Source of the DNA: an uncultured Gammaproteobacteria bacterium
Lineage (GTDB): Bacteria > Cyanobacteriota > Vampirovibrionia > Gastranaerophilales > CAZEDP01
Length of the DNA: 64,000 nt
Direction: 5' to 3'
NCBI GenBank assembly: GCA_964643065.1
Contig: CAZXPD010000001.1
Coordinates: forward strand, 2,925-66,924
The position numbers and the translations under genes are program-made. The notes under the pieces were generated by a model. That model saw only the letters and a program-made list of their open reading frames with translations, was not told where the DNA came from and did not search any database. Positions 47,510-56,587 of this stretch are shown here, piece after piece (the first letter of the stretch is position 1; each line of letters begins with the position of its first letter).

Positions 47510-48612
47510 CACTTCCAGAGCCACAGTTTATTGAAAGAGATGTTAATAAAATTACTCAGGAATGGATTTCTCTCTATGAGCAGAAAACAGGTAAGGCCCT
47601 TCAACCTGCACAAATAGAAAGAATCCTTATTGACGTTGGAGTTTATAGAGAATCTTTGCTTCGCATAGGAATTCAGGAAGCAGCTAAGCAGAATCTTGTT
47701 AATTTTGCTACTTATCCAATGCTCGATTACCTTGGAGAACTCCTCGGGGTTTATCGAATAGAAGCAAAGTATTCAAAAACCACTTTTAAATTTGTATTAA
47801 CAGAGGCTTTGACTTTTGATTATACAATTCCGGCTATTATTCAGGTTGAATCAAAAGACGGCAAGGTAATATTTAAAACCTTAAAATCAATAATTATTCC
47901 AAAAGGGCAGTCATATATTGAAATAGAAGGTACTGCTGAAACAGCAGGAATTATTGGAAACGGTTATTTATCAGGAGAGATAAACAACCTCATAACTCCA
48001 ATTCCATATATATCAGAGGTTTATAACATAACAGAATCCGCAAGCGGTGCGGATGAGGAAACGGATGATAGTTTAAGACAAAGAATAAAAGAAGCACCCG
48101 AGCAGTTTTCTAATGCAGGAAGCAGAGGAGCATACAGATTTCATACAATCTCAGCTCATCAAAATATCATTGATGTTGCGGTTATCCATAAGCAACCCGG
48201 GGTTGTTGAAATTTACCCTCTTACAATTGAGGGAAATCCCTCTCAAGAAATTATCGATATAGTTCAAAATTACCTATCTGATGATAAAGTCAGACCGCTT
48301 ACGGATTTAGTTCTGGTTAAACCTCCAGAAAAAATAGACTTTCAAATTCTTGCAAATCTTACTTTGTATAATTTTGTGGACTTGGAAAGTGTCCAGGCTC
48401 TTGTTAATCAAAAAATTGAGGAATACAAAAAGAATTTAAGGTCAAAACTCGGTCTTGATATTGTCCCGACTCAAATTATTGCCCTTTTAAACAGCATTTA
48501 CGGGGTTTATAAAGTCGAGTTAACTACTCCGTTTTTGCAGGAGCTTGGCGATTATCAATGGGCAAATTGTACAGATTATACGGTAAATATTACAGGATAC
48601 ACAAATGGCTGA
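47506..48612 (+). CDS. baseplate protein J
   Basis: 368 aa; GSRGAYRFHTISAHQNIIDVAV. Confidence 0.9.
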   Translation: MTLPEPQFIERDVNKITQEWISLYEQKTGKALQPAQIERILIDVGVYRESLLRIGIQEAAKQNLVNFATYPMLDYLGELLGVYRIEAKYSKTTFKFVLTEALTFDYTIPAIIQVESKDGKVIFKTLKSIIIPKGQSYIEIEGTAETAGIIGNGYLSGEINNLITPIPYISEVYNITESASGADEETDDSLRQRIKEAPEQFSNAGSRGAYRFHTISAHQNIIDVAVIHKQPGVVEIYPLTIEGNPSQEIIDIVQNYLSDDKVRPLTDLVLVKPPEKIDFQILANLTLYNFVDLESVQALVNQKIEEYKKNLRSKLGLDIVPTQIIALLNSIYGVYKVELTTPFLQELGDYQWANCTDYTVNITGYTNG

Positions 48613-49147
48613 TAATTTATTAATTCCAATAAATGACGAATCAAGTCGGGCTTTTAATGAGCTTTTCAACAGGCTTGGTACTTTAGATTTAACTCCAATC
48701 CTGATTTATCTTATTGACAATGTTGAGCCGACTGCCTTGCCTCTTTTAGCAGAACAATTTCATATATTAGGCAATGAAGGTTGGCTATTCGCAAGTTCTG
48801 ATGCAGAAAAAAGAGCATTAATCAAAAATGCGGTCCAGATTCATAAATACAAAGGAACAAAATTTGCTCTTGAAAAAGTTCTGGAAAGTTTGAATCTTAA
48901 CGGAAAAATCTTTGAATGGTTTGATTACACAGGTCAGCCTTACCATTTTAGAGTAATTCTTGATCTTTTTGATCGGGGATTTGATGAAATAACGGAAAAA
49001 CAGCTTCTTGATTTGGTTGAAGAAACAAAAAACGTTCGCTCTGTTATGGAAAAACTTGAGATTAATCTTTCCTCTCAGGCAAAACAAAAACTCCTCTCAT
49101 TGTGTCTGATGGGAGAGGAAATTACTCTTTATCCGAAGGTGGGTTAA
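48605..49147 (+). CDS. tail protein I (P2 gpI-like)
   Basis: 180 aa following J. LLAEQFHILGNEGW pattern. Confidence 0.8.
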   Translation: MADNLLIPINDESSRAFNELFNRLGTLDLTPILIYLIDNVEPTALPLLAEQFHILGNEGWLFASSDAEKRALIKNAVQIHKYKGTKFALEKVLESLNLNGKIFEWFDYTGQPYHFRVILDLFDRGFDEITEKQLLDLVEETKNVRSVMEKLEINLSSQAKQKLLSLCLMGEEITLYPKVG

Positions 49148-49834
49148 ATGGCAGAATTTTACTCAATAGTAACAAATATTGGATTTCAAAAGATCAATGA
49201 ATGTCTTGCTACAGGAAGCAAACTTGATCTTAAATTCATTGCCGTTGGTGATTCAAACGGCAGTTACTATGAGCCTGCAATCAATCAAACCTCACTTTTA
49301 AATGAATGTTGGAGAGGTGAAATATCAGAAGTTAATAAAAATAGTATCGGATTATACGCAAGAACTCTTATGCCGTTTAATGTTGGTAGATTTTATATAA
49401 GGGAAGTCGGCGTTTTTGATACTGAAAACAACCTTTTGATTATAGGCAAACAGGCGGAAACATATAAACCGGTTATATCAGAAGGAACCGCAAAAGATAT
49501 TTGGCTAAAAGTTGTTTTAACTTCAATTAATCCTGATGTAATAGAGCTTAAAATCGACCCATCGGTGCAAACGGCAACGGTGCAGTATGTTTTAAATCTT
49601 TTCAATAACCATAATCACAGCGACCTTATGCCTATATGGGTTTATGACACAAATGCAAACGGAATCGTGGATTCTTGCGAATTTGTTGACGGAGGAATAT
49701 TTACAGATAATCAGCAGATGGAGCCGCCACAACCTCCATTAATACCTGAATTAATTATGAATACAGCAATTTATGACAAAGATAACGATGGAATAGTAGA
49801 TGAGGCAGAAAATATTGATGCCGGTGAATTTTAA
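49148..49834 (+). CDS. tail fibre protein, N-terminal DUF3751-like
   Basis: MAEFYSIVTNIGFQKINECLATGSKLDLKFIAVGDSNG. Confidence 0.7.
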   Translation: MAEFYSIVTNIGFQKINECLATGSKLDLKFIAVGDSNGSYYEPAINQTSLLNECWRGEISEVNKNSIGLYARTLMPFNVGRFYIREVGVFDTENNLLIIGKQAETYKPVISEGTAKDIWLKVVLTSINPDVIELKIDPSVQTATVQYVLNLFNNHNHSDLMPIWVYDTNANGIVDSCEFVDGGIFTDNQQMEPPQPPLIPELIMNTAIYDKDNDGIVDEAENIDAGEF

Positions 49835-49845
49835 AGGAGATTAAA

Positions 49846-50529
49846 ATGGGAACAATTCAAATCAAACGTGGTTTAGCAGCTAACCTTCCAACAAGCGCAG
49901 GCAATGGAGAACTACTTTTTACAACTGACACAAAGAAATTCTATGTCGGCAACGGAACAGGCAATGCTCTGACAGAATTCAAAAATGCTGCTGAGCTAAC
50001 ATCACTTTTTTCGGGAAAATCTGATGTAGGACATACGCATACATCAGCCGGAATTACCGATTTTAATACAGCATCTGATGCCAGAATTACTGCTCAAAAA
50101 GGTGTTGCAAACGGTATAGCAACTCTTGATACCAGCGGAAAAATTCCAACGACTCAAATCCCTTCAACCTTCAAGGAAGCCTCAGTTGTTGCTGATATTG
50201 CTGCAAGAAATGCTTTAACAGCTTTTAGCGGACTGCACGCACTCGTGTTAAACGCAACAGGTGATGCAACCGTTCAATCAGGCGGAGCTGAATATGTTTA
50301 TGACGGTACATCATGGAGAAAAATATCCGAGTTAAATGACCTTGATATGGTCATAGATTGGGGCATTATTCAGAATAAGCCAAGCTTTGTGCAGACTTTT
50401 CGTGATTTAACAGATGTACCAGGTTCCTATACCGGAATGGGAGGAAAGCTTGTTGCTATAAAATCTGACCTTTCAGGAATTGAGTTCGTCGATCAGTTTT
50501 CAGGAAATGTTGATGGAGGCACATTCTGA
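49846..50529 (+). CDS. tail fibre protein
   Basis: MGTIQIKRGLAANLP..GELLFTTDTKKFYVGNG N-terminus, shared with the next gene. Confidence 0.6.
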   Translation: MGTIQIKRGLAANLPTSAGNGELLFTTDTKKFYVGNGTGNALTEFKNAAELTSLFSGKSDVGHTHTSAGITDFNTASDARITAQKGVANGIATLDTSGKIPTTQIPSTFKEASVVADIAARNALTAFSGLHALVLNATGDATVQSGGAEYVYDGTSWRKISELNDLDMVIDWGIIQNKPSFVQTFRDLTDVPGSYTGMGGKLVAIKSDLSGIEFVDQFSGNVDGGTF

Positions 50530-51743
50530 TGACGGCTATTCGTTTCAGAAGAGGGGCAAAGGCAGCTATTCCTGCCTCTGCTCCTTCAGGAACACCTCTT
50601 TGGTGTGAAGATTCAAAAGAATTTTACATTGGAACAGATTCAGGCGTTCAAAAAATTGGCAGTAATGGCTGGACAAGTATGCCAATAGGTGCAGTATTTC
50701 CATGGACTTCAACAACTATTCCTGATGGACACATCGAATGTAATGGACAAGCAGTTAGCAGAACAACTTATTCTGAATTGTTTGAGGTTATTGGAACTAG
50801 TTTTGGAAGCGGTAACGGGAGTACGACTTTTAATGTACCTGATTTAAGAGCTGAATTCATTAGAGGTCTTGATAGAGGCAGGGGAGCTGATATTAACCGT
50901 TTACTTGGAAGTGCGCAGGCTGATGCATTTCAGGGACATTGGCATCAATCTTGGGGTTCTGGCGGATCCTCATCAGGAGGTAATTTTTCTCCATCAGGTC
51001 AACCTTGGTCCGGTGGTACAAAAATGAAATTTTACAATACGACAAATAATACGACCAATGTTGAAGAAGAAATCAGCAATGGAATTAATGGAACACCAAG
51101 AATAGCCTCTGAAACTCGCCCTCGTAACGTTGCTTTAATATTTATTATCAAAGCAAAAAATATTACTTTTGATGCTACTGTTCAGAATGCAAACGCTGAT
51201 ACGGTTGACGGCTGCCATGCCGGAAATGCAGCAAATAATGTTTTAAAGCTCGATGCTACAGGAAAAGTTCCTTTGACAAATTTACCTGCCTCAGATGCAA
51301 TTCCTGCAGGAACGGTTTCATTTTTTACTAAAAATACTCCTCCGACCGGATATTTAAAGTGCAATGGTGCAGCAATTTCAAGAACAACTTATTCAACATT
51401 ATTTGCCGCAATCGGAACAACTTTTGGAACTGGCGATGGTTCAACAACATTTAATTTACCCGATTTAAGAGGTGAATTTATACGTGGCTGGGATGACACA
51501 AGAGGAATAGATACTGGTAGAACATTCGGCAGTTATCAAGCAGATGAATTAAAATTGCACAATCATACGTTATCAATGTACACCGCAGGTGGTGATAACC
51601 CACTAGGCGGAAACCAAAGAATATCAACAGATAACAGTGCTATTGGTGGTCCATATATACCTACATATTTAACAATGGCGGAAACTGGTGGCACAGAAAC
51701 AAGACCTCGCAACAGAGCATTATTGCCTTGCATAAAGTACTAA
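50529..51743 (+). CDS. tail fibre protein with two tail-collar domains
   Basis: Two copies of C(N)G(Q/A)A(V/I)SRTTYS.LF..IGT.FG.G(N/D)GSTTFN(V/L)PDLR.EFIRG. Confidence 0.8.
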   Translation: MTAIRFRRGAKAAIPASAPSGTPLWCEDSKEFYIGTDSGVQKIGSNGWTSMPIGAVFPWTSTTIPDGHIECNGQAVSRTTYSELFEVIGTSFGSGNGSTTFNVPDLRAEFIRGLDRGRGADINRLLGSAQADAFQGHWHQSWGSGGSSSGGNFSPSGQPWSGGTKMKFYNTTNNTTNVEEEISNGINGTPRIASETRPRNVALIFIIKAKNITFDATVQNANADTVDGCHAGNAANNVLKLDATGKVPLTNLPASDAIPAGTVSFFTKNTPPTGYLKCNGAAISRTTYSTLFAAIGTTFGTGDGSTTFNLPDLRGEFIRGWDDTRGIDTGRTFGSYQADELKLHNHTLSMYTAGGDNPLGGNQRISTDNSAIGGPYIPTYLTMAETGGTETRPRNRALLPCIKY

Positions 51744-51752
51744 GGAGCCGGT

Positions 51753-52283
51753 ATGAAAATATATAACTATCACCCAATAACAAAAGAATATATTTCAGAA
51801 AGCATAGCAGATGAAAGCCCTTTAGAAGTCGGCATATTTCTTTTACCTGCTAATGCAACTTTTCAAAAACCTCCTGAAATTGATGAAAACGAAGTTGCCA
51901 TATTTGAAGATGAAAACTGGTCTATAAAACAAGACTATCGTGGCAAGGTTTATTATGAAAAAGATTCAGGAGAACGGATTGTCATAACTGAAATTGGAAT
52001 TTATCCCGATGAAAGTCTTACGGATATTGAACCTAAAGAATATCAAATATGGGATTTTGAGTTTAATCAATGGACAGAAGATACTGCCCTTATTGAAAAA
52101 ATTCAACAGGAAAAAACAAATCAAGAATCCAGAGATTTTCTAGTAACTACTGACTGGAAAATTATCAGGCATAAAGATCAGCTTGATCTTGGAATAGAAA
52201 CAAGCCTTACAAGTGAAGAATACATTGCACTCCTGCAACAAAGACAGGAAGCAAGAAGTAAAGTTATGGAGGTAACAGTATGA
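51753..52283 (+). CDS. tail fibre assembly chaperone
   Basis: 176 aa after the fibre genes. C-terminal TDWKIIRHKDQLDLG pattern. Confidence 0.65.
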   Translation: MKIYNYHPITKEYISESIADESPLEVGIFLLPANATFQKPPEIDENEVAIFEDENWSIKQDYRGKVYYEKDSGERIVITEIGIYPDESLTDIEPKEYQIWDFEFNQWTEDTALIEKIQQEKTNQESRDFLVTTDWKIIRHKDQLDLGIETSLTSEEYIALLQQRQEARSKVMEVTV

Positions 52284-52711
52284 TAAAAGTTAATATAGAA
52301 AATTTTTCAGAACAAGAAATCGCCTGCAATTGTTGCGGCAAAGTAAATGTAAGTGATAAAGGAATTATTTGCTTACAATCGTTTAGATATAGACTAAATA
52401 ACAAATACAAAAAGAACATTCGCCTTAATATAAACTCGGCTTGCAGATGTAGAAAACATAATAAAGCAGAGGGCGGTGTTGATGAAATTAGAAACGGTAT
52501 TCTGGTTACTTCAAGGCACGAATGTGACACCAAAAAATCTGATGCCTTTGATTTAACCAGTCCTGATTTGGATTACAAAACGCTATATCAAGAATTAGTT
52601 GAATCAAAGCTTTTTAATACAGTTATTAGATACGATAAAAAACACTTTGTCCACGCCGATACCGAGCCGAGAGCTAATTATGAAATCAAAGCCTGGGCTT
52701 GGGATAAATGA
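52280..52711 (+). CDS. peptidase M15-type endolysin
   Basis: SACRCRKHNKAEGG ... SRHE..SDAFDL ... FVHADT (H-D-H zinc-site pattern). Confidence 0.75.
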   Translation: MIKVNIENFSEQEIACNCCGKVNVSDKGIICLQSFRYRLNNKYKKNIRLNINSACRCRKHNKAEGGVDEIRNGILVTSRHECDTKKSDAFDLTSPDLDYKTLYQELVESKLFNTVIRYDKKHFVHADTEPRANYEIKAWAWDK

Positions 52712-52715
52712 TTCA

Positions 52716-53318
52716 TTAAATATTCAATAATGAAAAAATCCCAAATCCTATAATTATCAAAGCAGAGGCAATATTTATATACTTTAAATCAACCTTAGTT
52801 TTGAATAAATTTGCAAAATAACTTAAAATTAACCACCAAAATAAAGAACCCAAAAAGACACCAAGAACCAATAATAATGCCGATAAATGATTATTCTCTG
52901 TGTTCATTATGTTTAAACTGGTAAATATTGCTAAAAAAGCCAAAATAGTTACAGGATTTGTAATTGTTAAAAAGAATGTTGATAAATAATCGTTTAATAA
53001 ATTATTTTCATTTATATCTTCTTTAATTTCATTTTTTTTCTTATTTCGGCTAATAAATATATTTATGCCTAAATATAAAAGAAACAAACCTCCAATTAAT
53101 TTTAACAAGTTTTGTTGATTTATTAGAAAATTTGAGATTAAAGTCAACCCAAAGGCAGAAATTACACCATAAATTGCATCAGCAGTAGCTGCCCCCATTC
53201 CAGATATAAATCCACTTAATTTACCTTTATTTAAGGTTCTTTGAATACACAAGAGACCAATTGGACCAACTGGAGCTGCAATAGAAAAACCGATTAATAT
53301 TCCTTTTATTAAAAACAT
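52716..53318 (-). CDS. LysE/RhtB-family amino-acid exporter
   Basis: 200 aa. FSIAAPVGPIGLLCIQRTLNKG..GMGAATADAIY. About six hydrophobic segments. Confidence 0.85.
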   Translation of the reverse strand: MFLIKGILIGFSIAAPVGPIGLLCIQRTLNKGKLSGFISGMGAATADAIYGVISAFGLTLISNFLINQQNLLKLIGGLFLLYLGINIFISRNKKKNEIKEDINENNLLNDYLSTFFLTITNPVTILAFLAIFTSLNIMNTENNHLSALLLVLGVFLGSLFWWLILSYFANLFKTKVDLKYINIASALIIIGFGIFSLLNI

Positions 53319-53401
53319 AAATTATCATTCCTCAAATGAATTATATTATAAACGTTCTAGAAATAAATAATTGTGTCTAAAAGATACAAAACCCTCTCCT
53401 T

Positions 53402-53476
53402 TTCCGACTTTCAGCTTGAACTTTGAGAAATGAGAGTTAATCTGTCAATGTAAGCAGAAATAAAGGAGAACGCAGT
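53402..53476 (+). repeat. copy 1 of duplicated promoter/leader element
   Basis: Blocks TTCCGACTTT, TTGAACTTTGAGAAA, CTGTCAATGTAAGCA and AAAGGAGA, identical to 54255-54327. Ends at an ATG. Confidence 0.7.
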
Positions 53477-53701
53477 ATGCACCCACTATTCGGAATTAAA
53501 GTTTATGACCATAAAAAACAGCAGGTCGGTATTTTAATAAACACTTATAACCTTGGCTACGTTGATGCACCAGATGCCACAGGAGCTAAAGTTTTAAGCC
53601 CCGAGGGTAAAATATACCCAACCAACCTTGATAACCTTACAGCGATAGATGATATCGAAAATACAGACGGATTAAACATTCCTGACGGTTTTTTAAACTA
53701 A
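53477..53701 (+). CDS. small hypothetical phage protein
   Basis: 74 aa directly after repeat copy 1, which carries the RBS AAAGGAGA. Confidence 0.55.
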   Translation: MHPLFGIKVYDHKKQQVGILINTYNLGYVDAPDATGAKVLSPEGKIYPTNLDNLTAIDDIENTDGLNIPDGFLN

Positions 53702-53712
53702 GGAGTTGTGAA

Positions 53713-53868
53713 ATGAAAGTAAAAGAATTAATTACAAAATTGAAAAAATGTAATACTGATTCAGAAGTCAAATTTTGCGACTTTTGTTGCAATCAAGACT
53801 TCATCTTGGGTGCAGTTGACGGCAATTCAGATAAAGATATCGTTTGGATTATAGGTGATGAAGAATAG
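53713..53868 (+). CDS. small hypothetical phage protein (51 aa, not in ORF track)
   Basis: AGGAG then ATG at 53713. MKVKELITKLKKCNTDSEVKFCDFCCNQDFILGAVDGNSDKDIVWIIGDEE. Confidence 0.45.
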   Translation: MKVKELITKLKKCNTDSEVKFCDFCCNQDFILGAVDGNSDKDIVWIIGDEE

Positions 53869-53876
53869 GAGACGAA

Positions 53877-54206
53877 ATGCCAAAACTAAAAAAAGACACG
53901 ATTGAAATACAGACTTACAAATCAAGTAACCAATCCATAAGCTTCAGAGAAATTTATAAGTTAGAAGATAAAAAAATAAAACTTGAAATCAAGTCAGATT
54001 CTTACCATCAGCAGTGCTATGCCAAGGCTTATGTTTTAAAAAATGACGAATGGTCGCTGATTTATTCAATCCCTTACACTCTTATGAAAACACCTGAAGG
54101 GCTGATTCACCACAAGGATTACAAAAACAAGCCTGCTGTGGCTGAAGGGCAGTTTAACGAAGATATCCAAAGACTCCATCACTATGTAGAAAAAATCCTG
54201 TTCTAA
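53877..54206 (+). CDS. small hypothetical phage protein
   Basis: 109 aa. AGGAGA before the ATG. Confidence 0.55.
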   Translation: MPKLKKDTIEIQTYKSSNQSISFREIYKLEDKKIKLEIKSDSYHQQCYAKAYVLKNDEWSLIYSIPYTLMKTPEGLIHHKDYKNKPAVAEGQFNEDIQRLHHYVEKILF

Positions 54207-54254
54207 ATCCTAAACTCCTTTAAATGTGTCGGATTGATTCAGTATTGCTGAAAC

Positions 54255-54327
54255 TTCCGACTTTTCCCTTGAACTTTGAGAAAACAGAGCGATACTGTCA
54301 ATGTAAGCAAGAGCAAAGGAGACAGCG
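54255..54327 (+). repeat. copy 2 of duplicated promoter/leader element
   Basis: See 53402-53476. Possible promoter TTGAAC-16 nt-GATACT. Confidence 0.7.
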
Positions 54328-54486
54328 ATGAACAAAGAACTTTTAAAGATAGCCCACACAATATTAGACCTTGAAACATTAGAAACAAGAAACAGCGACC
54401 ACCTTGATTTTAAAGAGCAGGCAGTATGGAGCATTAAACAGGCTTTAGAACAAGCATATAAAGCAGGTCAAGAGTCAGTAAAGTAA
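54328..54486 (+). CDS. small hypothetical phage protein (52 aa, not in ORF track)
   Basis: ATG immediately after repeat copy 2. MNKELLKIAHTILDLETLETRNSDHLDFKEQAVWSIKQALEQAYKAGQESVK. Same position relative to the repeat as the 74-aa gene. Confidence 0.5.
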   Translation: MNKELLKIAHTILDLETLETRNSDHLDFKEQAVWSIKQALEQAYKAGQESVK

Positions 54487-54497
54487 AGGAGTTTAAG

Positions 54498-54713
54498 ATG
54501 GCAATGATTACATTAACCGAAAAAGAAATAAGAAATTTTGAAAAATTCAGAACTGAATTAGCTAAACTATCTAAAAAATACGGTGTCGCAATAAAATCAA
54601 TCGGCGGAGTTATGATAGGCGAAATCGCAGACATAGAATACAGCAGCGATGAAACTAGCGGTGACTTATATCCTGAGATTTTAATGTGGCAGGAAGACGT
54701 AGAGGAAGCATAG
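54498..54713 (+). CDS. small acidic hypothetical phage protein
   Basis: 71 aa, net acidic (about 15 D/E versus 8 K/R by hand count). AAGGAG upstream. Confidence 0.55.
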   Translation: MAMITLTEKEIRNFEKFRTELAKLSKKYGVAIKSIGGVMIGEIADIEYSSDETSGDLYPEILMWQEDVEEA

Positions 54714-54714
54714 A

Positions 54715-54939
54715 ATGCAAACATATAAAATGAATGATACTTGGAACTTAGAACCCGATTATATCCAAACCGAACCAGAACTTTTAAAATTAGCTTATGA
54801 TTTATACTGCGGTGAGCCTGTGGGAGAGGAACTCGAGAAGGCTAAAAAAGAATTTGATAATGACATTTCTAAAACAATTGCTTACATTGAAAAAGAATGC
54901 GGATGGAAAGCCACGTCTATTACCGTCAATAGAGTTTAA
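54715..54939 (+). CDS. small acidic hypothetical phage protein
   Basis: 74 aa, net acidic. Starts 1 nt after the previous stop. Confidence 0.55.
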   Translation: MQTYKMNDTWNLEPDYIQTEPELLKLAYDLYCGEPVGEELEKAKKEFDNDISKTIAYIEKECGWKATSITVNRV

Positions 54940-55020
54940 AACACAGTTCAACACACTACGGACATTTTTAAAACGAGCAAGGTAACATCACACCTGTTAG
55001 TTAATACAGGAGGAAGAACC

Positions 55021-55341
55021 TTGCAAGAGATAGATTTTAAAACTTTTATCAATGGTGTCGGCAACGATTTAAAAATCGCAATTGATGATGTAATCGGCAC
55101 TATTGCAAACATTCACGAGGATGTTGAAAAATTAAAAGTTAAAACATCAAAGCCAAGTCCGCTTGTGGCACAGGCATTACTGGAGTATATTGCAATGGAA
55201 GAGTCAAAAGCCAAGACAAATATGGAAATTTTATGCGGTAAAGAAATTCAGCAATATATGAAATGGATTGATGAATATTGCAAAGAAAATGCCTGCTCTC
55301 AAGAACAGGCACTGGAAGATATAATAGGGAGCAGGATATAA
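55021..55341 (+). CDS. small hypothetical phage protein
   Basis: 106 aa. TTG start after AGGAGGAAG. Confidence 0.5.
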   Translation: MQEIDFKTFINGVGNDLKIAIDDVIGTIANIHEDVEKLKVKTSKPSPLVAQALLEYIAMEESKAKTNMEILCGKEIQQYMKWIDEYCKENACSQEQALEDIIGSRI

Positions 55342-55345
55342 GGAG

Positions 55346-55732
55346 TTATTCTAATTCTTTTATTTTATACTTCCTTGCGATAGTTCTGATATAACCTTCA
55401 GTTACATCGCATTCAAGGACAAGTTTTATAAGAGATTTTCTTGTACCGTCATAATTTTGAGCAATATATCGTTCTCGGGCTTTTCTGTAACCATATCTTG
55501 GAATATTTATAGTTAAGCCTGACAAAACATCCATCATTTTTACTGCAACATCAAGCCCGATAAGGCTTGCGACTATTCGCAGGTCTTCATTCGGTAAATT
55601 ATCAGGTGTGAGTTTTTCTATCCAGGGCTTATCTTGCATATTATCCTCTTTGGTCTCATCAGTTGGAGCATTACTCCAAGACAGGAAAGTCTGAGCAGAA
55701 AACTTTCCTGTTTCGACCTTATACAGTAGCAC
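55346..55732 (-). CDS. Mor-family transcription activator
   Basis: C-terminal INIPRYGYRKARERYIAQNYDG..EGYIRTIARKY fits the Mor HTH region. Position after GemA as in Mu. Start may be the internal Met MQDKPW. Confidence 0.65.
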   Translation of the reverse strand: MLLYKVETGKFSAQTFLSWSNAPTDETKEDNMQDKPWIEKLTPDNLPNEDLRIVASLIGLDVAVKMMDVLSGLTINIPRYGYRKARERYIAQNYDGTRKSLIKLVLECDVTEGYIRTIARKYKIKELE

Positions 55733-55958
55733 CCATTGGTCTTGGGGTTAATAAATCCTCAATCATATTTTCCATAGCTTCGAGGATGTCTATTTGTCCT
55801 TGATAGACTTTGCATTCAATTCTTTTTTCGTTTTTGCACTGCCAATCAGTTGGCTCCAGGTCACAATCAGCGAATTTTAGTTTTGATTCAATTAACCTGT
55901 CATTAATATCACTGACTTGAGCCCTGATAATTCCAATAATTTTTTCTCTGATTTCCAT
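55719..55958 (-). CDS. hypothetical early phage protein
   Basis: 79 aa in the early operon. Confidence 0.45.
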   Translation of the reverse strand: MEIREKIIGIIRAQVSDINDRLIESKLKFADCDLEPTDWQCKNEKRIECKVYQGQIDILEAMENMIEDLLTPRPMGATV

Positions 55959-55990
55959 TTTTGTTTCTCCTTTAATTTTTTAAATTCTGT

Positions 55991-56458
55991 TTAAACTGCA
56001 TTTAAATATTGTTTTTGAATCTCTTTGACAGTATTAATGACTTTTGTTGCTGCTTTCCTGTCAAGAAACCTGAGATCGCTCACAGAAAACTTGTTTAACA
56101 GGAATTTTCTGAGCGATTTTTTAATAAATTCTTCTTTATCTACATAATGAACCTCCTTTTTTTCTGCATAAATAAGCATTACCTGACTCCACATTGATTC
56201 AATCATCCTCAACTGTTTTGGAGTCGCCATATCAGACCTGTTTGAAAGACTGTCAAACTTCATTTTCCGTTTTGTCCATACGCCTGAATTAATTGCCATA
56301 GCTTCCAATTGCTCAATTAATTCACCTGCAAGCTCAGAAGATAAATTTTTACAGGATTCAGCTCCGTAATTTGTAAGAATATCCCTATAAAGCTCATCAT
56401 CAAGTTTTAGGGTATTTTTAAGAGTATGAATTTTCTTTATTTGAGAATTAGTAATCAT
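55991..56458 (-). CDS. GemA-like protein (Mu gp16 / DUF1018)
   Basis: MITNSQIKKIHTLKNTLKLDDELYRDIL... TPKQLRMIESMW. Confidence 0.75.
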   Translation of the reverse strand: MITNSQIKKIHTLKNTLKLDDELYRDILTNYGAESCKNLSSELAGELIEQLEAMAINSGVWTKRKMKFDSLSNRSDMATPKQLRMIESMWSQVMLIYAEKKEVHYVDKEEFIKKSLRKFLLNKFSVSDLRFLDRKAATKVINTVKEIQKQYLNAV

Positions 56459-56579
56459 AGCCGATGAATAAAGCCTCCCTCTCTAAATTTCTGCCGTGAT
56501 GAATACCGACCTGCAAGCCTATTGTGAAGATTGTCAGGGCGATTAAAGCTATATAAAAATATTTTTCTAATTTATTCAT
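56448..56579 (-). CDS. possible 43-aa membrane peptide (not in ORF track)
   Basis: MNKLEKYFYIALIALTIFTIGLQVGIHHGRNLEREALFIGYDY. Fills the B-gemA gap and overlaps the gemA start. Confidence 0.3.
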   Translation of the reverse strand: MNKLEKYFYIALIALTIFTIGLQVGIHHGRNLEREALFIGYDY

Positions 56580-56587
56580 CTTAAATC

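Noticed and set aside
50680-51480. The two tail-collar repeats as DGR template and variable repeats.
   Set aside because: Nucleotide similarity between the copies is only moderate by eye, differences are not adenine-specific, and no reverse transcriptase is present.
54210-54724. Two minus-strand ORFs (74 and 96 aa) from the track.
   Set aside because: They run antisense to a consistent series of plus-strand small genes that have good RBSs and follow a duplicated promoter/leader. Their translations are Ser/Leu/Ile-rich with no start context.
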